From NCBI GenBank assembly GCA_036229005.1, contig JAZAMN010000052.1, forward strand, positions 224,001 through 288,000: DNA of 64,000 nucleotides, read 5' to 3'. Positions 1 to 9,876 of the stretch are shown here, one piece after another. The position numbers and the translations under genes are program-made. This DNA is from Myxococcota bacterium. Lineage in GTDB: Bacteria > Myxococcota_A > UBA796 > CAJQPC01. The notes below the pieces were generated by a model, which saw nothing but the letters and a program-made list of their open reading frames with translations, was not told the DNA's origin and did not search any database. The first letter of the stretch is position 1. Every line of letters starts with the position of its first letter.

Positions 1-172
1 GCCACGGGCACGTCCTGGACGGGGACCGCGTGACACACATTACAGCTCCCCTGTGCGATGGCGTCCTGGGGTGCGACAGGGGGCGCGGGCTGCTCAGCGG
101 CGACGGCCTCCTCCACGCCCTGGGAGACGGGGGTGGGGGAGGCGGAGACGCAGGCGAGCAGCAGCGGCAGCA

Positions 173-439
173 TCAGGAGGTGGGCGCCTGGGGCTGCGCG
201 GGCTCGGCGGGGGGCTCGGTCGGGGCCTTGGCCTCTTCCTGGGCGGGCTCGGGCTCGGCGGGGGCCTCGAGCTCTGCGTCCTCGGGGGCGACGACCTCGG
301 CGACGACGGGGTTGGGGGCCTCGATCTTCTCCATCGCGTCTGCGAGGGACAGCCCGGCCTTGGGGGGCATGCCGCAGGCCAGCGCGGAGCTGGAGCACAG
401 GGCGATGGCGGCGACGGTCAGGAGCTTGAGGGAACGCAT
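173..439 (-). CDS. Small secreted Pro/Glu/Ala-rich hypothetical protein
   Basis: 88-aa ORF with signal peptide MRSLKLLTVAAIALCSSSALA and GGAGG SD upstream; acidic low-complexity tail. Confidence 0.7.
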   Translation of the reverse strand: MRSLKLLTVAAIALCSSSALACGMPPKAGLSLADAMEKIEAPNPVVAEVVAPEDAELEAPAEPEPAQEEAKAPTEPPAEPAQPQAPTS

Positions 440-523
440 TGGAGGCCTCCGGGGTTGGCTGTTCAGGTGGACAACGATCGGGGGAGGGGGTTCCTTACAG
501 GTTGGATCGGGGGTTTTTTGAGC

Positions 524-601
524 GCGGCGACCGGCGACCGGCGACCGGGGACCGGCATGACGTGGAGCTGGGAGCGGGCGGGAGGTGGCTCTGTCCGAGG
601 G
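524..601. repeat. Dispersed intergenic repeat, copy 1 (GGCGACC heptamer run plus conserved flank)
   Basis: gcggcgaccggcgaccggcgacc...accggcatgacgt...ggctctgtccgaggg; similar to 7822-7890. Confidence 0.55.
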
Positions 602-754
602 CGGCTGGCTGGGCGGAGGAGGGCCGCCGGGCCGTTCGTGCTGGGCTCCAAAGCGTGCGTGGTTGAGCTCGCGACCGGCTGCGACGGGAGCCCGGCTCGG
701 CGTGATGCCTGATACCCGAGCTCTGAGACCCGAGACCCGAGCCCCGCCTGCGTC

Positions 755-1159
755 TCAGCCCTCGACATGGCACCCGACGCATGAGAAGGAGCGGTCGCCC
801 AGCAGTTCCTTCATCTCGGGGAGCACCTGGTCGTGCATGAACTCGGCGCCGGGGCCGTCGCTGGCCTCGGGGAAGCTGCCCTCTTCCCAGTTGATGAGCT
901 CGTCGGTGGGCATGCTGTAGTCGCCGCCGGCGCTGTGGCAGGTCTCGCAGCCAAAGTCGGCGTAGGCCTCGGCGTCGTAGGCCTGGAAGAGCTCCGCCAT
1001 CCTGGGCGTGACCGTTCCGGCCATGTAGCTGGTCTTCTCAGCGTCGCTGAGCTCGGAGAAGACGGGGCCCGCTGCGCTGTCGGTGGGCTCACCGTCTTTG
1101 CTGCATGCGCTCAGGGTCAACAGGGGAATCAGGGCCCAGGCGAGGACACCACGGCGCAT
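755..1159 (-). CDS. Diheme c-type cytochrome lipoprotein (paralog 1)
   Basis: Lipobox LSAC; two heme motifs CETCH and CVGCH; clearly homologous to 1215-1631. Confidence 0.85.
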   Translation of the reverse strand: MRRGVLAWALIPLLTLSACSKDGEPTDSAAGPVFSELSDAEKTSYMAGTVTPRMAELFQAYDAEAYADFGCETCHSAGGDYSMPTDELINWEEGSFPEASDGPGAEFMHDQVLPEMKELLGDRSFSCVGCHVEG

Positions 1160-1214
1160 GCGCAACTCCAGGTCAGAGGCCGACGATACACGACCTCTGA
1201 CCCGGCGAGCGGCC

Positions 1215-1631
1215 TCAGTTGGCGGCGGGGTGGCAGTTCAGGCAGCCGAAGCTCTCGTCGTCCAGCAGCTCCTGCATCTTGGGGACGACCTCGTTGTGCA
1301 TGAAGGCGTAGCCGTCGCCCTCGTCGGCGCCGGGGATCGCGGCGGGGTCGAAGCCGTAGAGGTCCGAGGTCGGCATGCTGTAGTCGCCGCCGTCGGTGTG
1401 GCAGGTGTTGCAGGTGAAGCTGGCGTAGGCGTCCGCGTTGTAGGCCTGGAAGAGCTCGGCCATCTGCGGGGTGACGGTGCTGGCCATGTAGGCGTTCTTC
1501 TGGTCGGCATCCATCTCGGCCCAGGTGGGCTCGGAGGCGACGGCGGAGTCCCCGGTGTCCTCGGCGTCCTTGGTGCAGGCGGCGAGTGAGAGCAGGGACA
1601 GGATCGAGAGGGCGACGAGGCGCTGGTGCAT
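1215..1631 (-). CDS. Diheme c-type cytochrome lipoprotein (paralog 2)
   Basis: Lipobox LAAC; heme motifs CNTCH and CLNCH; shares YMAxTVTPxMAELFQAY and GGDYSMPT with paralog 1. Confidence 0.85.
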   Translation of the reverse strand: MHQRLVALSILSLLSLAACTKDAEDTGDSAVASEPTWAEMDADQKNAYMASTVTPQMAELFQAYNADAYASFTCNTCHTDGGDYSMPTSDLYGFDPAAIPGADEGDGYAFMHNEVVPKMQELLDDESFGCLNCHPAAN

Positions 1632-1753
1632 TTGGGTCTCCATGAGTGACCGCGCCAGAGTAGTCAAGATTCTGTTCCGCAGGTGGAAAAAGCTGCTCTG
1701 GGTCTGGAACGGCCCGTCGAACGCCGCTCGCCGCTTCGGGATAGCCTTGGGGC

Positions 1754-2566
1754 ATGCGCATCATCACGCCCCCCGCCCAGGACTTCCTGCTGGAGTCCTC
1801 GCCCTGGTACCTGCCGGCCTCCGACGAGGTGCAGATCTTCGAGACCGCCCACCAAGCGCAGCTCCCGGTGCTGCTCAAGGGGCCCACGGGCTGTGGCAAG
1901 ACCCGCTTTGTGGCCCACATGGCGCACAAGCTGGGGCGCCCGCTGGTCACGGTGGCCTGCCACGAGGACCTGTCGGCGGCGGACCTGCTGGGTCGCTTCC
2001 TGATCCTGGGCGACGAGACGGTCTGGAAGGACGGGCCGCTGGTCACCGCGATGCGCCACGGCGCAATCCTCTACCTGGACGAGGTGGTGGAGGCCCGCAA
2101 GGACACGATGGTGGTCATCCACCCCCTCTCCGATGACCGCCGCGTGCTGCCCATCGACAAGCTGGGGCAGAGCCTCAAGGCGCCCCCGGAGTTCATGCTC
2201 GTGATGAGCTACAACCCCGGCTATCAGTCGGTGCTCAAGGAGCTCAAGCAGAGCACCCGCCAGCGCTTCATCAGCCTGGAGTTCGACTACCCGGCGCCGG
2301 AGATCGAGGCCCAGGTGGTGCAGAAGGAGTCCGGGGTCGACAAGACCCGCGCGGGGCACCTGATCAAGGTGGCCGAGAAGGTACGCCGCCTGACCGACCG
2401 GGGCCTGGAGGAGGGCGTCTCCACGCGCCTGCTGATCCACGCCGGGACGCTGATGGCTCGGGGCATCGAGAGCCGCCGCGCCTGCGAAGTCGCTTTCGTG
2501 CGCACCCTCACCGACGACGCGGATCTGCAGCGGTCGATCCACGAGGTCGTGCGGGACTTCTTCTAG
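1754..2566 (+). CDS. norQ: CbbQ/NirQ/NorQ family AAA+ ATPase
   Basis: Walker [16 protein letters not shown], Walker [17 protein letters not shown] and LKQSTRQRF, all typical of the family. Confidence 0.9.
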   Translation: MRIITPPAQDFLLESSPWYLPASDEVQIFETAHQAQLPVLLKGPTGCGKTRFVAHMAHKLGRPLVTVACHEDLSAADLLGRFLILGDETVWKDGPLVTAMRHGAILYLDEVVEARKDTMVVIHPLSDDRRVLPIDKLGQSLKAPPEFMLVMSYNPGYQSVLKELKQSTRQRFISLEFDYPAPEIEAQVVQKESGVDKTRAGHLIKVAEKVRRLTDRGLEEGVSTRLLIHAGTLMARGIESRRACEVAFVRTLTDDADLQRSIHEVVRDFF

Positions 2567-5065
2567 GTGGACTTCATCCGCGAAGGTGGGCGCCGGGCTC
2601 GGCTCCTGGCGCGGCTTCAGTCCCTCGGCCTGCAGGCTGGGGTGGCGGCGGAGCTGCTGCGTCTGGACCGGCAGGCGCTGCGCTCGTGGTCCGAACAGGT
2701 GGGGGCGGTGCGAGCGGCTCTGGGGCCGCAGGTCGCCGAGGTGTACACCGATCTGGTCCTGCAGGGCGCTCGACACGATGTGGGGGCTCAGGTCGCCCGC
2801 GAGGTCCCCGACCATGTCGCCCGCGTGGCGGACGCGGAGCGCCTGGAGTACCTGCGCCTGCTGGGCGTGGTCCTGCGCCAGAGCCCCTCGGCGGTGGGGC
2901 TTGTGGCCCGGGCGCTGCCGCAGCTCATGGAGCGCCTGGAGGGGCCGGCCCTGGGCCGCTTCATCGAGTCCGGACTGACCATGCACGACCTGGACGCGGG
3001 GCGCGCCGAGGTCTTCCTGCGGGGCGAGTCCAAGGCCAGCCAGCAGGAGCTCTCGCGGCTGGAGACCGGGCTGGCGCTGAGCGAGGTGAGCCGCACCCTG
3101 GCGCTCTACGCCCGCGCCCACTGCGGGGAGGACGTGCAGATCAAGGCGGTGCCCGGCCGCCAGGGCCGCCAGGCGTGGTCCGAGGGCCGGCACCTGCACC
3201 TGCCCGAGCGCGTTGACCGCTACGGGGACGAGCGGGACTTCACCGTGTACCGGGTCATGGCCGCCCGCACGGCGGCCACGCTGGAGTTCGGGAGCTTCGA
3301 GCTCAAGCTGCGGGAGGTCCCTGGCCAGTGGGTGGAGCCCTTCGAGGGCGAGAGCGAGCTGGAGCGGCTCTATCGCAGCTTCCCCAACCGCTCGCTGGCG
3401 CGGGATCTCTTCCAGATCTGCGAGGACTGGCGCCTGGAGCGCTGCATGGTGGCCGAGTACCCGGGCCTGCAGCGGGACCTGGACACCTTGCGCCCAGAGG
3501 AGCTGGCGGAGCGGCCCCCGGCACACTCGCTCCCACCGGTGCAAGCCGTGGTCGAGGGGCTGCTGCAGAAGAGCATGGGGCGGGTCGAGGCCCTGGAGGA
3601 TGCGGCCCTGGAGGCCGAAGTACAGGCCCTCTGGGCGCGTGTGGAAACGCTGACCCATTCCTCGACGGTGGAGGACAGCGCTGGGTTGCTCGCGGGGTTG
3701 TATGCCCAGGCGGAGGGCCACCTGCGTAAGGTCGCCGACGAGCCACCTCCCCAGGAAAGAGAGCGCAAGAAGGGGGGCAAGCGTCCGCAGCGGCCCAGCC
3801 CTGACGACGCGCCCGGAGAGTCTCAGGCGCAGATGGCCTACAAGGGACTTGATCCCAAGGGGATGGGCGCGGCGCTGCGGCCCGAGGCGCTGGGAGACGA
3901 GGAGCGCTGGGAGGACGCGCAGGCCCGGGAGCTGCAGGAGCAGATGTCCGAGGAGGGGCTGGAGGCCAGCCTGCGGGAGATCCGCCGGGCGATGCGGCAG
4001 GAGCTGGGGGCGGATGAGCGCAGCTATGAGGAGATGGTGGCCTGGCTGGAGCGGCACCCCCCACCCGAGGGCGGGCTGGTCGAGCAGGGTCGGGAGCGGC
4101 CGCCGGTGGAGCGCGAGGCCCGGCATGGTGGGCTGCCTCTGGATCCTGACGCAGACCCCCGCGCCAAGAGCACGCTTCAGCCCGAGTGGGACGAGAAGCT
4201 GGGCGACTACAAGCCCGCCTGGGTCAAGGTCAAGGAGCACCGCCTGGAGCCCGGAAGCGGGGAGTTCGTGCAGGCCGTGCTGGACGAGTATGGGGCCCAG
4301 ATCTGCCTGCTGCGGCGGCGCTTCTCGGCGCTGCGTCCCGAGCAGATGCGGCGGGTTCGCGGGGTGACGGATGGGGAGGAGCTGGACTTCGACCGGGTGA
4401 TCGAAGCGCGGGTTGAGCGGCGGGCCGGCGTGACCCCCAGTGACCGGATCTACAGCCGCCAGGTGCGCAAGCAGCGGGACGTGGCGGTGGCGTTCGTGGT
4501 GGACCTGAGCAGCTCCACGAACGAGGTCGCGGGGATGGCTGGAAAGCGCATCATCCAGGTCGAGAAGGAGGCCCTGGTGATGATCGCCGAGGCGGTCGAC
4601 GCCATCGGGGACGCCTGTGGGATCTACGGCTTCTCCGGCTACGGGCGGGACCATGTGGCGTTCTACGTGGCCAAGGACTTCTCGGACCCCTACGACGACG
4701 CGGCCCGGCGGCGCATCGGCCGCATGACCCACAAGATGGAGAACCGCGACGGGGCGGCGATCCGCTACGCGACCTCCAAGCTGCTGGCCCAGCCCGCCAC
4801 CACGCGCCTGCTGGTGCTGCTCTCCGACGGCCGGCCCCTGGACTGTGGCTGCGAGCGCTACTTTGACGCCTACGCCCAGGCCGACACCAAGGTCGCGCTG
4901 CGGGAGGCCCGTCAGAAGGGCGTGCACCCCTTCTGCATAACGGTGGACCCGCGGGCGCGCAGCTATCTGGAGCAGATGTACGGCGAGGTCGGCTACGTCG
5001 TGATCGAGGACGCCGAGACCCTGCCGCGCAGATTGCCCGCGATCTACCGCCGCCTGACGCGTTAG
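2567..5065 (+). CDS. norD: NorD/CbbO-type VWA-domain activation protein
   Basis: Starts directly after the norQ stop; PEWD motif, MIDAS DLSSST, ENRDGAAIR, LLSDGRP. Confidence 0.85.
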   Translation: MDFIREGGRRARLLARLQSLGLQAGVAAELLRLDRQALRSWSEQVGAVRAALGPQVAEVYTDLVLQGARHDVGAQVAREVPDHVARVADAERLEYLRLLGVVLRQSPSAVGLVARALPQLMERLEGPALGRFIESGLTMHDLDAGRAEVFLRGESKASQQELSRLETGLALSEVSRTLALYARAHCGEDVQIKAVPGRQGRQAWSEGRHLHLPERVDRYGDERDFTVYRVMAARTAATLEFGSFELKLREVPGQWVEPFEGESELERLYRSFPNRSLARDLFQICEDWRLERCMVAEYPGLQRDLDTLRPEELAERPPAHSLPPVQAVVEGLLQKSMGRVEALEDAALEAEVQALWARVETLTHSSTVEDSAGLLAGLYAQAEGHLRKVADEPPPQERERKKGGKRPQRPSPDDAPGESQAQMAYKGLDPKGMGAALRPEALGDEERWEDAQARELQEQMSEEGLEASLREIRRAMRQELGADERSYEEMVAWLERHPPPEGGLVEQGRERPPVEREARHGGLPLDPDADPRAKSTLQPEWDEKLGDYKPAWVKVKEHRLEPGSGEFVQAVLDEYGAQICLLRRRFSALRPEQMRRVRGVTDGEELDFDRVIEARVERRAGVTPSDRIYSRQVRKQRDVAVAFVVDLSSSTNEVAGMAGKRIIQVEKEALVMIAEAVDAIGDACGIYGFSGYGRDHVAFYVAKDFSDPYDDAARRRIGRMTHKMENRDGAAIRYATSKLLAQPATTRLLVLLSDGRPLDCGCERYFDAYAQADTKVALREARQKGVHPFCITVDPRARSYLEQMYGEVGYVVIEDAETLPRRLPAIYRRLTR

Positions 5066-5213
5066 GACGGCGCCCGACAGCGAGCGGGTCTCCATGGGCA
5101 GCAAGCCGAGAAAGTGGGTCAAGCCCCAGGTGGACTGGGACGCCGACGACCACGGCTGGGACCAGTGGCCGCCCGCTCAACAGCAGCCCGATCCCCCCTG
5201 GCCAGGAGAGGAC

Positions 5214-7766
5214 ATGGATTCAAGCGCGTGGGTGGTCCTCAAGTTCGGAGGCACCAGCATGAGCGGTGGCTCGCAGGTCATCGCGGAGCAGCTTCGGCTG
5301 TGCCTGTCGCGGGGGGAGCGTCCGCTGGTGGTGTGCTCGGCGCTGTCGGGGGTGACCTCGGCGATCGAGACCCTGCTGCAGGAGGCCGTGGACGGCGAGG
5401 GGCAGGGGACCTTGGACTGGATCCGGCAGCGGCACCAGGACCACGCGGTGTCGCTGGGGGTGGACTTGGACGAGCGCGCCCAGACCTTCCTGGATGACCT
5501 GGAGCGCTTCGCCCAGGGCGTCGGTCTGCTGGGGGAGGTCTCGCCCCGCCTGCGCGCCCGGGCGCTGTCCGCCGGAGAGCTGCTCTCCACGCGGCTGCTG
5601 TTGGCCTTCCTGGAGGGGGCTGGCCTGGATGTGGAGTGGAGGGACGCTCGGGAGCTTCTCCGCGCTCGGGACACACCGCTCGGGGATCGGCGGCACCTGA
5701 GCGCCCACGTCGATTGGGAGCGCGACGAGGTGCTCGCGTCCACGCCCGGCCAGAGCGTGCTGATCACCCAGGGGTTCATCGCCTCGGACATCGAGGGGGA
5801 CACCGTGCTGCTGGGGCGCGGGGGCTCGGACACCTCGGCGGCCATCTTCGCGGCCAAGGTGGGGGCGGAGCGCCTGGAGATCTGGACCGATGTGCCGGGC
5901 ATGTTCACGGCCAACCCTCGGGACATCCCGGAGGCCAGGCTCCTCAAGCGTCTGGACTACGACGAGGCCCAGGAGCTCGCGACCACGGGCGCGAAGGTGC
6001 TGCATCCGCGCTGCATCGCGCCGCTGCGGGAGCAGGAGATCCCGCTGATCATCCGCTGCACGCCGCACCCTGAGTGGGAGAGCACCCAGGTCTCCCCCAA
6101 GGTCCAGGCCGGCGCCCCCCAGGTCAAGGCGGTCTCCGCCCGCAAGGGGATCACGGTGATCTCCATGGAGACCCTGGGCATGTGGCAGCAGGTGGGCTTT
6201 CTGGCCGACGCCTTCGCCATCTTCAAGCGCCACGACGTGAGCATCGATCTGGTCACCACCAGCGAGGCCAGCGTCTCCGTGACCCTGGACGCCGCCGCGA
6301 ACACCCTGGCCGCGGGCACCCTGGAGCGCCTGCTGGAGGATCTGGGCCAGGTCTGTTCGCCGACGATGATCCAGGGGGCCGCGCAGGTCAGCCTGGTGGG
6401 TCGCCGCATCCGGGCCATCCTGCACAAGCTGGGCCCGGTGCTGGAGCGCTTCGAGGACAAGGCCGTGCACCTGATGAGTCAGGCGGCCAGCGACCTGAAC
6501 CTGAGCTTCGTGGTGCCGGAGGAGCAGGCCGACGCCCTGGTCGGCAGCCTGCACAAGCGGCTCTTTGGTCGGGCGCACGCGGACGATGTGTTCGGGCCGA
6601 GCTGGGCCGAGTTGTCCTCGACTGCGGAGCCTGGCCTGCCGCCTGTGTGGTGGGCCCGCAAGCGTGAGGCGGTGATCCAGGCCGCTGCGGGGGGCACGCC
6701 GCTCTACCTCTACGACGGGGAGACCCTGGATCGGCAGGTGACGGCCTTGCGTTCGCTGCCGCTGGACCGGGCTCTGTTCGCGATGAAGGCCAACCCCCAC
6801 CCCGGGATCCTTCGCCGCTTCTTTGAGGCTGGGCTGAGCTTCGAGTGTGTCTCGCCCGGGGAGCTTCGGCGCCTGCGGGAGCTCTTTGGCGCGGGCGTCG
6901 ATGGGCGGATGCTCTACACGCCGAACTTCGCGCCGCGGGAGGACTACGAGGCGGGCTTCGCGTTGGGCGCCCAGGTCACCTTGGACTCCGTGGCGCCGCT
7001 GCGGCAGTGGCCGGAGCTGTTCGCGGGCAAGGAGATCTTTGTGCGCCTGGACCCGGGTCGCGGCGATGGGCACCACCGCTTTGTCGTGACCGCGGGGGCG
7101 CAGTCCAAGTTCGGTGTGCCTCCTGCGGAGCTCTCGGAGCTCAAGCGCCTGGTCGAGGAGGTGGGTGCTCGTGTGGTGGGCCTCCACGCGCATGCGGGCT
7201 CGGGTATCCACGACGTGAGCGCGTGGCGGGACAAGGCCAGCTTCCTGGCGGAGATGGCCCAGCAGTTCGGGACCGTGCGCGTGCTGGACCTGGGCGGTGG
7301 CCTGGGCGTTCCGGAGCGCGCGGGTGCCCCGGGGCTGGATCTGGAGGCAATGGCCCAGGTGCTGGCGCAGGTCAAGCGGGCCCACCCCCAGTTCGAGATC
7401 TGGATGGAGCCTGGGCGCTTCCTGGTGGCCGAGGCGGGGGCGCTGCTCGCGCGGGTCACCCAGGTCAAGGACAAGGGCCAGCGCTTGTATGTGGGCGTGG
7501 ATGCCGGCATGCACACCCTCATTCGGCCGGCGCTCTATGGGGCGTGGCATGAGATCGTGAACCTGAGCCGCTTGGAGGAGCCGGGCGCCATCACCGCCGA
7601 GGTCGTGGGCCCCATCTGCGAGAGCGGGGACGTGCTGGGAGCAGGCCGCCGCTTGCCGCATACCGAGCATGGCGACTTGCTGCTGATCGGGAACGCGGGG
7701 GCCTATGGGGCGGCGATGAGCTCGGACTACAACCTGCGGGAGCGGGCGCGGGAGGAGGTGCTCTGA
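5214..7766 (+). CDS. lysAC: Bifunctional aspartate kinase / diaminopimelate decarboxylase
   Basis: N-terminal VLKFGGTS and LGRGGSDTS (aspartokinase) with ACT region; C-terminal FAMKAN, EPGRFLV, GPICESGD (PLP decarboxylase); SD GGAGAGG before 5214, alternative start 5094. Confidence 0.93.
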   Translation: MDSSAWVVLKFGGTSMSGGSQVIAEQLRLCLSRGERPLVVCSALSGVTSAIETLLQEAVDGEGQGTLDWIRQRHQDHAVSLGVDLDERAQTFLDDLERFAQGVGLLGEVSPRLRARALSAGELLSTRLLLAFLEGAGLDVEWRDARELLRARDTPLGDRRHLSAHVDWERDEVLASTPGQSVLITQGFIASDIEGDTVLLGRGGSDTSAAIFAAKVGAERLEIWTDVPGMFTANPRDIPEARLLKRLDYDEAQELATTGAKVLHPRCIAPLREQEIPLIIRCTPHPEWESTQVSPKVQAGAPQVKAVSARKGITVISMETLGMWQQVGFLADAFAIFKRHDVSIDLVTTSEASVSVTLDAAANTLAAGTLERLLEDLGQVCSPTMIQGAAQVSLVGRRIRAILHKLGPVLERFEDKAVHLMSQAASDLNLSFVVPEEQADALVGSLHKRLFGRAHADDVFGPSWAELSSTAEPGLPPVWWARKREAVIQAAAGGTPLYLYDGETLDRQVTALRSLPLDRALFAMKANPHPGILRRFFEAGLSFECVSPGELRRLRELFGAGVDGRMLYTPNFAPREDYEAGFALGAQVTLDSVAPLRQWPELFAGKEIFVRLDPGRGDGHHRFVVTAGAQSKFGVPPAELSELKRLVEEVGARVVGLHAHAGSGIHDVSAWRDKASFLAEMAQQFGTVRVLDLGGGLGVPERAGAPGLDLEAMAQVLAQVKRAHPQFEIWMEPGRFLVAEAGALLARVTQVKDKGQRLYVGVDAGMHTLIRPALYGAWHEIVNLSRLEEPGAITAEVVGPICESGDVLGAGRRLPHTEHGDLLLIGNAGAYGAAMSSDYNLRERAREEVL

Positions 7767-7821
7767 GGCGGGGGGGGATCAGGGATCGGGTATCGGGTAT
7801 CTGGGGCCCGGTGTCGGGGCG

Positions 7822-7890
7822 GCGGCGACTGGCGACTGGCGACCGGCATCACGTTGGGGCGACTGCGGGGGCCGGGGCTCTGGCCGAGGG
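7822..7890. repeat. Dispersed intergenic repeat, copy 2
   Basis: gcggcgactggcgactggcgaccggcatcacgt...ggctctggccgaggg; aligns by eye with 524-601. Confidence 0.55.
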
Positions 7891-7947
7891 AGGGCAGCAC
7901 GCTGAGGTGGGTGGGGGAGCCCGGTGCGTTGTCGCGCTTCGGAAGAA

Positions 7948-8210
7948 GGTGGCTACGGGCCCTGAGTGAGCGGGACCCGGTGGCTACGGGCTCTGAGTGA
8001 GCGGGACCCGGTGGCTACGGGCTCTGAGTGAGCACCTTTCTGAGGCTACGGCCCACCGGTGAGCGCTGTTGGCCGTTCGATGGCCGTAAGAAGGTCCGTA
8101 AACACAGAATTTCGAGCCACCTGGGGCCTGAGGGCGCCAGATCGGTGGCTGTTTCGCTCACCGGTCAGGCGTAGCCTCGGAGGAGCGCTCACTCGCGATG
8201 CGTAGCCTCC
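7948..8210. repeat. Element E1: four direct 31-bp-period repeats, spacer, two inverted copies
   Basis: GGCTAC at 7951, 7982, 8013, 8044 (unit ggtggctacgggctctgagtgagcgggaccc); inverted GTAGCC at 8171 and 8202. Confidence 0.9.
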
Positions 8211-8363
8211 GACCTGGCACCCGAGGCCAGGAGGAGTGCCTGGCAGAGGGTCCGACTTTGGGGCGAGGACACCTGGATGGCCTCTCGAGGTCGAGCCTGG
8301 AAGCGCGGGCCCCGGCTCGGCCGGGGCTAGGGGGGCGAGCCCCCCATACAGCCACCTACCATC

Positions 8364-9776
8364 TCACCCGGGGGAGAACAGGAAGGGGTAGGAGACGATG
8401 ACGATCCCGTCGCCCTTGGGCTGGGGGAACTGCAGCTTCATCATGGTGTTGTTCAGGCAGCTCTCGACCGCCGAGTTGCCCACGGAGCTGGCCTTGGTCT
8501 TGGACGCGCTCACCGAGCCGTCCTTGGCGATGGTGAACTTCACCGTGACCTTGCCCCCCAGGCTGGGGTCCTTGGTCAGCTCGCGCTGGTAGCAGTAGCG
8601 GAAGCGGCTCAGGTTCCGGCGGATCACCGCGTCCACCTGCGAGCGGTCCAGGCTCCCCAGGATGATGGTCTCCCGGCTGGTCGGGAGCTGGGCGGTCCCG
8701 CGCGGCCCGATGTCACCGCCGCCGTCGTAGTCCCGGCTGCCCGTTCCAGGGCCGTCCGTGCCCGTGCCGAAGTTCCAGTCCGCCGTGCCGCCGCCACCAG
8801 GCCCCCGGCCGGTCAGCCCCAGGCCCGTGCCGATCTGGACGCCCTTGGGGCCCGCGCTGCGCCCGATGGCGTTGCCCAGGCCGCTGTCCAGGGCGTTGTT
8901 CCCCAGGATGGAGGACACGCCGCTGTCCTGCATCGCCCCAAAGAGCCCCGCCTCGTTGGCGATGCGCTGGTCGCGGTTGCGGCCCGCCACCGGGTTGCCC
9001 GAGGCCCGGTCCAGGTTCCCGTTCTCCTTGCCGAGCTTGCCCTCCTTGCGCTTGAAGCGCTCGCCGGCCTTCTCGCTGGGGGGCTTCACGTCCTCGATGA
9101 AGGACTTCACCTTCTCAGGGGGCGGGGTCAGGAACACCTCGGCGACCTGCTCGGGAACCTCGTTGACCTGCAGTCCGGCCTCGGGCGGCGCGGTCCAGGC
9201 CAGGATGCCGACCATCGCGGCCATGAAGGCAGTGAACACCGTCGCCCCGATGAAGGGCAGGTCCGCCTGCTTCTTGCCGACCACCTTGGCCGCCGCGTTC
9301 ACCAGGCGGATGACGTAGGCAAAGTCACCAACACACACGACGAGCTGCTCACCAGGGCGCAGCTCCAGCTCGCGGGTACCGCCCAGGTCCAGCGCGCGCT
9401 CAGCCAAGGGCAGGGGACCCTCAGCGCCACGCAGCACTGCGTGCCAGTCGCTGATCAACGCCACGGTGACCTCGCCGGCGGGGGAGATCGATACCAGGGT
9501 GTGGGCTTCATCGAGGCCAGGGAGGGGTTCCAGGGTGTCCCCAATCACCAGGGCCCCCTCCTTCTGCTCCAGGTGGCGCACGCTGAGCAGGGTGTCTCCC
9601 CACAGTCGAGCGATCTCGACGCGCTGCGCGGCTTTGATGTCCTCACCGAGGGTGCCCCTGGGGGCGCCAGAGTCGGTGAGCTGAGCCATGGGGTCCGCGG
9701 CCTGGAGCAGCTCGGCCTGGAAGGGGCTCGGGATGAAGGCAGAGGAATCCTCTGCGCGGGGGTTGCGCTTGGTCAC
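8364..9776 (-). CDS. AgmX/PglI (GltG-like) protein with TM helix, Gly-rich linker and TonB-like C-terminal domain
   Basis: C-terminus VIRRNLSRFRYCYQRELTKDPSLGGKVTVKFTI...FPQPKGDGIVIVSYPFLF; central TM FIGATVFTAFMAAMVGILAW; GTG start inferred from GAGG SD. Confidence 0.8.
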   Translation of the reverse strand: MTKRNPRAEDSSAFIPSPFQAELLQAADPMAQLTDSGAPRGTLGEDIKAAQRVEIARLWGDTLLSVRHLEQKEGALVIGDTLEPLPGLDEAHTLVSISPAGEVTVALISDWHAVLRGAEGPLPLAERALDLGGTRELELRPGEQLVVCVGDFAYVIRLVNAAAKVVGKKQADLPFIGATVFTAFMAAMVGILAWTAPPEAGLQVNEVPEQVAEVFLTPPPEKVKSFIEDVKPPSEKAGERFKRKEGKLGKENGNLDRASGNPVAGRNRDQRIANEAGLFGAMQDSGVSSILGNNALDSGLGNAIGRSAGPKGVQIGTGLGLTGRGPGGGGTADWNFGTGTDGPGTGSRDYDGGGDIGPRGTAQLPTSRETIILGSLDRSQVDAVIRRNLSRFRYCYQRELTKDPSLGGKVTVKFTIAKDGSVSASKTKASSVGNSAVESCLNNTMMKLQFPQPKGDGIVIVSYPFLFSPG

Positions 9777-9876
9777 ATCACACCTCGTCGGGAGTGGGAG
9801 GGTCTCGGGGCCGGCGGGGATTTCCCTCGGCGCTGATGTGGCAGACCGCTTGGGCCGGAGGGGGTTCGTCAAAGGC

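Noticed and set aside
755..5065. Photosynthesis, carbon fixation or denitrification cluster
   Set aside because: No puf/bch, Rubisco or nor/nir structural genes in the window
1664..5122. 1152-aa minus-strand ORF
   Set aside because: Antisense shadow of norQ/norD caused by high-GC codon bias; no recognisable motifs
5214..7766. lysC-lysA fusion as a novelty
   Set aside because: Already described in Xanthomonadales, Legionella and others
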